From an uncultured Muribaculaceae bacterium (GTDB lineage: Bacteria > Bacteroidota > Bacteroidia > Bacteroidales > Muribaculaceae): DNA of 64,000 nucleotides. The position numbers and the translations under genes are program-made. A model generated the notes under the pieces. The model was not told the DNA's origin. It made no database searches and was given only the letters and a program-made list of their open reading frames with translations. Within the stretch, counting starts at the first letter, position 1. The number at the start of each line of letters is the position of its first letter. The DNA is taken from NCBI GenBank assembly GCA_910587185.1, contig CAJULY010000005.1:25608-89607 (forward strand). The letters run 5' to 3'. Shown here piece after piece: positions 1 through 8,053 of this stretch.

Positions 1-891
1 ATACCTGCTGTCATCGACGCTTACGAGGCCTATCTTATTCTTGAGCGCGGGCTGAGCGACAATACGCGCGAGGCTTACGTCAGAGATGTGGGCAAACTCG
101 TCAGATACCTCGAAACCGAGAAAGTCACTCTGCGCGAGGTCACGACCGATACTCTGAGAGCCTTTGCGGCAGATCTTTTCGACCTCGGAATCTCGCCCCG
201 AACGCAGGCCCGAATCGTTTCCGGCATAAAATCTTTTTTCAGATTCATGAAGCTTGAAGGCTATCTCGACAGCAACCCTTCCCTGCTGCTCGAAAGCCCT
301 GCCCTGAGGCGCCATCTTCCTGAAGTCCTGCGAGTGGATGAGATCGACGCCATGATCGGGGCGATCGACATGGAGAAAGCCGAGGGCCAGCGTAACCGCG
401 CAATCATGGAGACGCTCTACGGGTGCGGACTGCGTGTGTCGGAGCTGATAAATCTGGAGATCTCGAAGCTCTATTTCGACGAACAGTTCATAATGGTCCA
501 CGGAAAAGGCGACAAAGAACGTATAGTTCCGATCTCTCCGCAAGCGATCAGGGAAATAAAGGATTATCTTCCGGACCGGGCTCTGCTCCCCGTCAAGCGC
601 GGAGAAGAAAACATCCTTTTTCTGAACCGCCGCGGTCACCGGCTGACCCGCGTCATGATTTTCTACATCATCAAGCAACTTGCCGAAGCCGCCGGAATCC
701 GCAAGGAAGTGTCGCCGCATACCCTCCGCCACTCCTTCGCCACCCATCTTCTCGAAGGAGGGGCCAATCTCCGCGCCATCCAGCAGATGCTGGGCCACGA
801 GGACATTTCCACTACAGAGATCTATCTCCACATAGACCGCTCGATGTTACGCGCTGAAATTCTCGCCCATCATCCGCGAAACGCCCGATAG
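1..891 (+). CDS. xerD: Tyrosine recombinase XerD/XerC (5' end truncated by window edge)
   Basis: Frame open from base 1 (IPAVIDAYEAYLILERGLSDNTREAY...). Catalytic motifs LYGCGLRVSEL, GKGDKER, SPHTLRHSFATHLL, LGHEDISTTEIY. Confidence 0.9.
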   Translation: MPAVIDAYEAYLILERGLSDNTREAYVRDVGKLVRYLETEKVTLREVTTDTLRAFAADLFDLGISPRTQARIVSGIKSFFRFMKLEGYLDSNPSLLLESPALRRHLPEVLRVDEIDAMIGAIDMEKAEGQRNRAIMETLYGCGLRVSELINLEISKLYFDEQFIMVHGKGDKERIVPISPQAIREIKDYLPDRALLPVKRGEENILFLNRRGHRLTRVMIFYIIKQLAEAAGIRKEVSPHTLRHSFATHLLEGGANLRAIQQMLGHEDISTTEIYLHIDRSMLRAEILAHHPRNAR

Positions 892-1319
892 AAGAGAACT
901 CCGACAAGAGCCAGAACCGTCAGCGCGATAAATTTCCAGAACCGGCCGGTTTCGGCAGGAATTTGTTTCGATGCTGTTTCCCGGCGCAGAGCGACCTGTG
1001 ACCGGCTGACAACGGTTGATGTATCGCGGCCGGTGAAAGTCTCTCTACGGGCCTCTCTGCGGCTGTTTTCGAAGTTTGTCAGCGCATAGCGCTTCCCGAC
1101 AATGCGCTGCGCCGTGTCAAACCTGATTTCCACCACGAGGCTGTCGAATCTCAGCCTGCCGGACGTTACGACGGAGTCGGCCAACACCATGTCGGTCCGC
1201 GACTGAAAAGAGAGGCTCGAGATAGAATCGGTTGTGATTTTCCCGACGGTTTTCTCGGCTGAACGGCACCCCGCTGCCAAGGAGCAGAGAATCATAACGG
1301 GAATCAACAGTTTTTTCAT
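870..1319 (-). CDS. Hypothetical lipoprotein with C-terminal hydrophobic helix
   Basis: Lipobox LAAGC after MKK plus hydrophobic stretch; C-terminal TM FIALTVLALVGVLFY; TAACTTTG promoter on - strand at 1401-1408. Confidence 0.7.
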   Translation of the reverse strand: MKKLLIPVMILCSLAAGCRSAEKTVGKITTDSISSLSFQSRTDMVLADSVVTSGRLRFDSLVVEIRFDTAQRIVGKRYALTNFENSRREARRETFTGRDTSTVVSRSQVALRRETASKQIPAETGRFWKFIALTVLALVGVLFYRAFRG

Positions 1320-1457
1320 AACAGATTAAAGATTAAGGTTCGGTAAATAGATCCGGCGTGTCCTTGACATCGTCCGGTAAAAAAGAGAACATTGACAGAT
1401 GCAAAGTTAGGCTGCTATTTGCAGGCCCGGTCGCCTGTTTCTAAAAACGAGGGAAGG

Positions 1458-1624
1458 TTAGTCAAATTAGTCAAATTAGTCAAATTGGGCGAATTGGGGT
1501 TACGGGAAAGGACGGGTCGGACATTTCGGACAAGTCGGACGGCCGCTTCGCTCCATGCCCGGTTAGGACACAGCGCGCCTTTCAGGCTCGTTCATGAAAC
1601 CTTTCGCCTTAATTCAACCGCATT
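1458..1624. repeat. Intergenic dispersed repeat: 9-bp tandem (TTAGTCAAA)x3 followed by a ~130-bp unit also present at 63319-63448
   Basis: Direct comparison: the first ~72 nt differ at about 8 positions, and both copies end in TTAATTCAACCGCATT. Confidence 0.85.
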
Positions 1625-1767
1625 GATTTGGTGAATTGGGCGGATTGGGAGATTTGGCGGGAGTGAAAAAGTCGGAAACTGCAAAAGAAATGACGTAAAA
1701 ATGCAAAAAAGACAGGGGTATAATGTTGTAACTTTGCATCGGTTCATTTATAAATCATTTTATACCG

Positions 1768-1881
1768 ATGCTTAGATCAATCATTATATCACTGTTATTA
1801 TTGAATTGTGTGGGTGAAGTCGCTTCTCAGGAAATAGCCCCCGGGAAGACGGATTCTCGACTTACCGCAGCAATCGCATAA
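1768..1881 (+). pseudogene. 37-codon ORF, likely signal-peptide remnant of a truncated secreted protein
   Basis: MLRSIIISLLLLNCVGEVASQEIAPG...; preceded by TAACTTTG promoter box at 1729-1736. Confidence 0.35.
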
Positions 1882-1923
1882 CGGACTATGACATAGAGGT
1901 GCTACGCGGTGGGGAATGGCGGC

Positions 1924-2454
1924 TCAGGCGTGGAGGGCGGAGAAGAAGTGCCAGATGGCTATGCCGGTGCTGACGGAGACGTTGAGGGAGTGTTTTGTGC
2001 CGAACTGGGGTATTTCCAGGCAGACGTCGGCTGCGTTGACTACGTCGGGATCCACGCCATGAACCTCATGTCCGGCGACAATGGCGTATTTTTCACCGGC
2101 AACGGGACGGAAGTCGTTGAGTCTGACGCTTTCCTTGACCTGTTCGAGGACACAGACCTTGAATCCGCGACGATGTAGCTCGCGGACACATTCCATCGTG
2201 TCGGGGAAATATTCCCATCTGACCGACATTTCGGCTCCGAGGGCGGTTTTGTGTATTTCGGGCGAGGGGGGGACGGCGGTTATTCCGCAGAGCATTATGG
2301 AATCTACCAGAAAGGCGTCAGATGTGCGGAAGACGGACCCTATGTTGTTGAGCGAACGGATGTTGTCAAGCACTACCACCAGCGGCAGTTTCTGCCGCCG
2401 GCGATATTGCTCGATCGTATCGCGGTTGAGGTCCCGGATGGTCTTCTTTTCCAT
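1924..2454 (-). CDS. TrmH/SpoU-family RNA methyltransferase
   Basis: VLDNIRSLNNIGSVFRT, GHEVHGV, IPQFGTKHSLNVSVS SPOUT motifs. Confidence 0.9.
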   Translation of the reverse strand: MEKKTIRDLNRDTIEQYRRRQKLPLVVVLDNIRSLNNIGSVFRTSDAFLVDSIMLCGITAVPPSPEIHKTALGAEMSVRWEYFPDTMECVRELHRRGFKVCVLEQVKESVRLNDFRPVAGEKYAIVAGHEVHGVDPDVVNAADVCLEIPQFGTKHSLNVSVSTGIAIWHFFSALHA

Positions 2455-2466
2455 TCGGGGCGGTTG

Positions 2467-3738
2467 TCAGTTGATGATGGTGAATCCGGTGTATTTGTGC
2501 AGGCATTCCGGCACGAGGATTCCTTCGGGGGTCTGGTTGTTCTCGAGGAGAGCAGCCATGATTCGGGGCAGGGCGAGAGCTGAGCCGTTGAGGGTGTGGC
2601 AGAGACGCGTTTTCTTGTCCTCGGCGCGGTAACGGCATTTCAGACGGTTGGCCTGATAGGTCTCGAAGTTGGAGACTGACGATACTTCCAGCCAGCGTTT
2701 CTGGGCTGCCGAGAAGACCTCGAAGTCGAATGTGATGGCCGAAGTGAAGCTCATGTCACCGCCGCAGAGACGGAGGATGTGCCAGGGGAGTCCGAGCTCT
2801 TCGAGAAGATGCTGCACGTGGTCTTTCATCTCTTCAAGGGCGGCGTAGGAGTCTTCGGGACGTTCGATGCGCACGATCTCGACCTTGTCGAACTGATGGA
2901 GACGGTTGAGTCCGCGCACGTCCTTGCCGTAGCTTCCCGCTTCGCGGCGGAAGCAAGCCGAGTATGCGCAATTCTTCTTGGGCAGATTCTCGGCGGGGAT
3001 GATGACGTCGCGATATATGTTTGTCACGGGGACTTCGGCCGTAGGGATGAGATAGAGGTTGTCCTCGTTGACGTAATACATCTGTCCTTCCTTGTCGGGG
3101 AGCTGGCCTGTGCCGTAGCCGGAAGCCTCGTTGACCACGTAGGGGGGCTGTATTTCGGTGTATCCGGCTTTACCGGCCTCGTCGAGGAAGAACTGGATGA
3201 GTGCGCGCTGGAGTTTTGCTCCCTTTCCGATATAAACGGGGAATCCGGCGCCCGTGATTTTCACACCGAGGTCGAAATCGATGAGGTTGTATTTCTTGGC
3301 AAGTTCCCAGTGGGGCAGGGCGTCGGGGCCGAGGTCAGGCATGGGGCCTCCGGTCTTTTCGACCACGTTGTCGGCGGCGCAGGTTCCTTCGGGGACCATC
3401 GCGCAGGGGACGTTGGGGACAGTCAGGAGGAGGTCGCGGATCTCGGTCTCAGTGGCTGAGAGCTGCGAAGCGATCGTTTTCTGATTCTCCTTGATCGCAG
3501 CCACGGCTTCCTTTACCCGGGCGGCCTCTTCTTTTTTGCCCTCCTTCATCAGGGCACCGATGCGTGCGGCGAGTTTGTTGAGTTCGGCAGCTTTGGTGTC
3601 GTTGTCGAGCTGCAGGCGTTTGCGGTCGTTGTCAAGCGCTATGACACGATCTATGACTTCTTTACCGTCGAAACCTTTCACGGCGAGGCGAGCCACTATT
3701 TCCGACGGGTTTTCTCTGATTTGTTGAAGAGTAAGCAT
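2467..3738 (-). CDS. serS: Seryl-tRNA synthetase
   Basis: N-terminal coiled coil; LIPTAEVP, FRREAGSYG, RLHQFDKVE, HTLNGSALALPR. Confidence 0.97.
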   Translation of the reverse strand: MLTLQQIRENPSEIVARLAVKGFDGKEVIDRVIALDNDRKRLQLDNDTKAAELNKLAARIGALMKEGKKEEAARVKEAVAAIKENQKTIASQLSATETEIRDLLLTVPNVPCAMVPEGTCAADNVVEKTGGPMPDLGPDALPHWELAKKYNLIDFDLGVKITGAGFPVYIGKGAKLQRALIQFFLDEAGKAGYTEIQPPYVVNEASGYGTGQLPDKEGQMYYVNEDNLYLIPTAEVPVTNIYRDVIIPAENLPKKNCAYSACFRREAGSYGKDVRGLNRLHQFDKVEIVRIERPEDSYAALEEMKDHVQHLLEELGLPWHILRLCGGDMSFTSAITFDFEVFSAAQKRWLEVSSVSNFETYQANRLKCRYRAEDKKTRLCHTLNGSALALPRIMAALLENNQTPEGILVPECLHKYTGFTIIN

Positions 3739-3934
3739 TGAACTGATTTAAACTTATTTCAAAATGTTAATTCAGAACTGACGGAAACCTTCGGCTTTAC
3801 CCTTTCGGCAGGATTCCGGCCGCTTTCTTCCCTTTTTTCAATCACAATGGAACCCCATTGCTCTTTCAAAAAGGTCGAAATCATCTCGGAATCATACTCG
3901 AAATGTTAAATTGCAATAAGTTTAAATCAGTTCA
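3739..3934. promoter_or_regulatory. 20-bp perfect inverted repeat flanking a structured 156-bp segment, directly upstream of the serS ATG
   Basis: TGAACTGATTTAAACTTATT (3739-3758) is the exact reverse complement of AATAAGTTTAAATCAGTTCA (3915-3934). Confidence 0.75.
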
Positions 3935-3959
3935 TTGTTCCTGTTTGGAATTATAATTA

Positions 3960-4409
3960 TCAAGCGAGAAGTTCGCGTACTTTCGCCGAAATGGCTTTGC
4001 CGTCGGCGCGGCCGGCGAGAGCCTTTGAGGCTACTCCCATCACTTTGCCCATATCTTTCGCGGATGTGGCGCCCGTCTGTTGTATGATTTCCTGAAGTTC
4101 GGCTGTAAGTTCGTCTTCAGAAAGCTGGCGGGGGAGATATTCTTCAATCACGGAAGCTTCGGCCAGCTCGTTTTCGGCCAGTTCGGGGCGATTCTGAGAG
4201 TTGTAGATCTCGGCAGTCTCCCGGCGCTGTTTGGCCATTTTTGCAAGGATCTTTGTTGCCTGATCGTCGGTCAGGGTGCCGTCGGCGCCTTTGGCGGTCT
4301 TTGCTTCGAGAAATTCTTTTTTAATGCCGCGGAGTGTTTCGAGACGCACTTTCTCGCGGGCAAGCATAGCCGACTTGATGTCGGCTGAAATCTTATCGAA
4401 TAAATCCAT
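3960..4409 (-). CDS. GatB/YqeY domain protein
   Basis: DIKSAMLARE...KQRRET...YLPRQLSEDEL...KDMGKVMG...GRADGK; - strand promoter box at 4435-4442. Confidence 0.92.
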   Translation of the reverse strand: MDLFDKISADIKSAMLAREKVRLETLRGIKKEFLEAKTAKGADGTLTDDQATKILAKMAKQRRETAEIYNSQNRPELAENELAEASVIEEYLPRQLSEDELTAELQEIIQQTGATSAKDMGKVMGVASKALAGRADGKAISAKVRELLA

Positions 4410-4493
4410 TTCAGTGGCTTTTAATTTATTTTCGCAAAGTTAATCAGAAAAATCGAAACACAGGCTGAAAAACGAGTGTAAATTTGCACCGGG

Positions 4494-5636
4494 TCAGGCG
4501 TTATAGCGCCGGGTGAAGGAGAAGAGGATTACGGTTGCGGTCACGGCAAGCGGAATTCCGACGAGGGCTGGGGATTCGAGCCCGAATCCGAGATGGATGG
4601 CGGCGCCTCCGAGGAAGCTCGCTATGGCATTGGAGACATTGAACGCGATCTGGATGCAGGCTCCGCCGAGCATTTCCCCGCCTTTTGCAAACCGGACAAT
4701 GAGATACTGCAGCGGTCCGCCGATGCCGAAAAGGGCGGCCGTAGCGAGGAACATGAGCAGCAACGAAGCTGCTTTCCACTGGGCGCAGAAAAAGATCAGG
4801 GGCAGGATGACAATGATCGATGCCGCGGTGAGTGCGGCGACTTTACCGGCCTTATATCGGTCGCTGAGACGGCCGTTGACATAGTTTCCGACGACCATGC
4901 CGAGTCCCGCGAGCATCATGACCCAGGTCATCGAGGCCGGGGAGAAACCTGTAATGCCAGTCATGGCCGGCTCGACATAGCTGAACCAGCAATAGACGCT
5001 TCCCTGGCCGAAAAATGTTCCGAGAAAGATGAGCCACGGCGCGCGGTCCTTGAGGAAACGGAACTGCGCCTTGAAATTTGTGGCGGGCAGGGGAGCGAGG
5101 CGGGGCACCCAGGCGCGGACGAGAACCCACGTCAGGAGGCCGGAGACGGCCACGATCGCAAAGGCATAGCGCCATGAAATCAGGTTGCTGATGAAAGTGG
5201 CTGCGGGAACGCCCAGCAGATTGGCCACGGTCATTCCCGCAATCATGGCGGCGACGGCGCTTGCTCCCTTGCCGGGAGGCACGAGCTTCTGCGCCACGAT
5301 TGCCGCCGCGCCGAAGTAGGCGCCGTGGGGCAAGCCGGAAATGAATCGCGCGCAGAGGAGCATGACGAACCCTTGGGAAAGCGCGGCCAAGGCATTTCCC
5401 AAGACTATGAAAGAGACGAGTAGAAGCAAGAGTCTGCGGAGCGGAAAGCCTCTGAGCCACAGGAGTGAAGGCGCTCCGGCGCAAACGCCGAGGGCATAGG
5501 CTGAAATGAGATGGCCGGCTTTACTGACGGAAATGTCGAGTCCGGCCGATACATCCCCGAGCACACCCATCATGGTGAATTCGGCGATTCCGAGTGCGAA
5601 TGTGCCGCAGGCAAGTGCAATGAGTCCTTTGTTCAT
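4494..5636 (-). CDS. MFS transporter (AraJ/DHA1-like)
   Basis: About 12 TM segments; LALACGTFALGIAEF-like start, ARFISGLPHGAYFG motif. Confidence 0.88.
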   Translation of the reverse strand: MNKGLIALACGTFALGIAEFTMMGVLGDVSAGLDISVSKAGHLISAYALGVCAGAPSLLWLRGFPLRRLLLLLVSFIVLGNALAALSQGFVMLLCARFISGLPHGAYFGAAAIVAQKLVPPGKGASAVAAMIAGMTVANLLGVPAATFISNLISWRYAFAIVAVSGLLTWVLVRAWVPRLAPLPATNFKAQFRFLKDRAPWLIFLGTFFGQGSVYCWFSYVEPAMTGITGFSPASMTWVMMLAGLGMVVGNYVNGRLSDRYKAGKVAALTAASIIVILPLIFFCAQWKAASLLLMFLATAALFGIGGPLQYLIVRFAKGGEMLGGACIQIAFNVSNAIASFLGGAAIHLGFGLESPALVGIPLAVTATVILFSFTRRYNA

Positions 5637-5763
5637 CTGTCTTTTCTTTTTCGGAGCGCAAAATTATCAAAAGCGTGAAACATGTCAAACGTCCGATCGT
5701 AAAAAGAAAACTTTTTTAACAGGGTAAATGTTTTGCCTACGTTCCGCATGACGCCGTTTGCCC

Positions 5764-6732
5764 ATGAATCCTTTCAATCGCATATCCCATCTTTTGTTGC
5801 CGGCAGTGGCCGTTTCGGGCCTGTTCGCGTCGTGTATATACGATTATCCGGGAGATTGCGACGAGAAAACAGGTTTCGAGATTGTCAACGACTGGAGTCT
5901 CGCGCCCGCAGCCGCTCCGGAAGGAATGGCCTATCTGTTTTATCCCGAGGGGAGCGGGCGCCCGTGGCGTTTTGATTTTCCCGGGCGCGAAGCGGGCGGT
6001 GTGAGTCTGCCTCCGGGGGAATATTTGTTCGTCATGTTCAACGATGACACCTCTGACATAGATTTTGTCGAGGAAGGTGACGGACTGGGCGTGACGACTG
6101 AAAAAGTTTCCGTCGGTTTTGACGCGGGCTACGGGGAGCTGCGGCGTTCGCCCGACATGATGTGGGGCGACGCGAGCGCGAGAGTGGTTCTCGGAAATTC
6201 TTCGCTGGAATATGAAAGCTCGACATACTCCCCGCACCGGGAAATGGTCAGCAGTCCGGATATGCGGATGGTGACTTATCCCCGTCAGATTGTGGCAACC
6301 TACAATGTTAGAGTCAAGCATGTGGCTAATCTCCACGGAGTTGCAGCGATGAAGGGGATTTTAGGGGGGCTCTCGACCGGTATGGATCTTTCGACTGGCC
6401 GTCATTGGGATGAGGTTGCCGGAGTGCCGTTCGATTTCAGAATAGAAGCCGATTCGTCGGTGAGCGCCAGATTCCTGACATTCGGATTGCCGGAGCAGGG
6501 GAGCCGGAAGGCCGACAACGCGCTGCTGCTTTTTTTCAAGCTGTCAGACGGAAGGACGGAGCGGCGGGAGTTTGACGTGACGGAGATAGTGCGCGGCGCG
6601 GCGGATTCTCTGAATGTCAGCATAGAGATAGATTCAGTGACGCTTCCCTACGCTCCGACGGTGGTCGGAGGAGGCGGTTTCGATCCGTCGGTTGTGGGCT
6701 GGACTACGGTTACTGTAAACTTTAATGTGTGA
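5764..6732 (+). CDS. Type V pilus anchor-like lipoprotein (FimB/Mfa2/DUF5119-like)
   Basis: Lipobox FASC; C-terminal GGGFDPSVVGW motif typical of this family; directly upstream of a fimbrillin. Confidence 0.7.
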   Translation: MNPFNRISHLLLPAVAVSGLFASCIYDYPGDCDEKTGFEIVNDWSLAPAAAPEGMAYLFYPEGSGRPWRFDFPGREAGGVSLPPGEYLFVMFNDDTSDIDFVEEGDGLGVTTEKVSVGFDAGYGELRRSPDMMWGDASARVVLGNSSLEYESSTYSPHREMVSSPDMRMVTYPRQIVATYNVRVKHVANLHGVAAMKGILGGLSTGMDLSTGRHWDEVAGVPFDFRIEADSSVSARFLTFGLPEQGSRKADNALLLFFKLSDGRTERREFDVTEIVRGAADSLNVSIEIDSVTLPYAPTVVGGGGFDPSVVGWTTVTVNFNV

Positions 6733-6763
6733 ATCAATGTTTTAAAAGAAAATATATAAGAAT

Positions 6764-7789
6764 ATGAAAAAGTCAGTTCCAATAATGATTCTTTCGGCGC
6801 TCTGTCTTGCCGGGTGCTCGGAGAATGAGGATATGCCGGCGCCCTCCGGCAATGCGATAGGTTTTTCGGCTACAGCGCCGAAGGGTTCACGAGCGTCAGC
6901 CACGACGACGGCCACGTTGCAGGATTTCGTCGTGTATGCCTACAGCGACACGGAACAGATAATGGATGGCGTCGTCGTCAGCCGCAACGGGGGATCGTGG
7001 ACATATTCTCCGCCGGTCTATTGGCCGGCATCGACTGTCGATTTCTATGCCATCAGCCCGAAGATTGACGGACGTGAGGGCGAGACTTCCACATCCACGG
7101 CGGACGACAACATAATCCGCGGGATACCTTACGGCAGCACGGATCTTCTGTATGCCGTCAGCCTCAATCAGCATGAGCAGCCCACGCCGGTCAATCTGAC
7201 GTTCAGGCACGCGATGAGCAAGGTCGCCGTGATGCTTTCGAGCACCAACAGCAAATATGACGTGCGCGTCCAGTATGTTTTGCTGAAGAACATCTATCTC
7301 AAGGGCGATTATTCGCTGCCGAATCAGACGACTTCTGAAACGGGCGCCGTTGGTCAGTGGAGCAATGTGACCCAGAACGCTGACGCAATGATTCTCTATG
7401 CGGCCGAAGAGCCCATCTCGCTGACGACCACTCCGACCGATGTTACCGAGAACAACCTTGACGCATCGTTTTTCGTGCCTCAGAAGCTTGAGCCTTTCGT
7501 GTTCTCCAAGACCGGCAATTTCTCGGGGTCATATCTGGAGATCGACTGCGAGATTATCGACAAGGCGACCGGCGAGCGCATCTGGCCGAGTGAACACACG
7601 CCTGATTATCTATTGCTCCAGTCTTCCTCTTTCGGAAGGATGCTCTTCCCGCTTTCAACACCCGAAGTGGCTTCATGGGAACAGGGTTATTCCTACGTCT
7701 ATAATGTCGTGATAAATAATTCCTATATTGTCGATACGATCGAATTTCAGCCCGGAGTGATCGATTTCACCACAGTCACGCCCTACTGA
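6764..7789 (+). CDS. Fimbrillin-family (Mfa1-like) lipoprotein
   Basis: Lipobox LAGC; IGFSATAPKGSRA cleavage-type motif, YSPPVYWP, VNLTFRHAMSKV, WEQGYSYVYNV. Confidence 0.85.
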   Translation: MKKSVPIMILSALCLAGCSENEDMPAPSGNAIGFSATAPKGSRASATTTATLQDFVVYAYSDTEQIMDGVVVSRNGGSWTYSPPVYWPASTVDFYAISPKIDGREGETSTSTADDNIIRGIPYGSTDLLYAVSLNQHEQPTPVNLTFRHAMSKVAVMLSSTNSKYDVRVQYVLLKNIYLKGDYSLPNQTTSETGAVGQWSNVTQNADAMILYAAEEPISLTTTPTDVTENNLDASFFVPQKLEPFVFSKTGNFSGSYLEIDCEIIDKATGERIWPSEHTPDYLLLQSSSFGRMLFPLSTPEVASWEQGYSYVYNVVINNSYIVDTIEFQPGVIDFTTVTPY

Positions 7790-7827
7790 TCCGCAGCTTT
7801 AACGTTAATCTCTATTCATTTTATAAG

Positions 7828-7863
7828 AACGGTCGCTTATCCATCGGGAAGCGGCCGTTTTTT
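7828..7863 (+). terminator. Rho-independent terminator after fimbrial genes
   Basis: AACGGTCGCTT...AAGCGGCCGTT stem followed by a T run. Confidence 0.8.
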
Positions 7864-8053
7864 GCATAAAATATCAGAATAAAAATAAATTGCTAAAAAT
7901 TTTAAGAAACGGAGGAAATATTGAAAAATATTTCGTAATTTTGTGAACGAAGCTTAAATCTATACATGCTCGATCTATTTGGTCGTAGAAAATAATCAAA
8001 TACGAAATCTTATATACAATCATCATTACATTTCACAAAAAAAGTAATTTTCT

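Noticed and set aside
1..891. xerD as the integrase of a mobile element or of the tRNA island
   Set aside because: Looks like the housekeeping XerD in core-like composition, 40 kb from the island, with no mobile genes adjacent.
3884..3911. dif-like site (AAATGTTAAAT resembles a XerD arm)
   Set aside because: No XerC arm at the 6-bp spacing; the match is partial.
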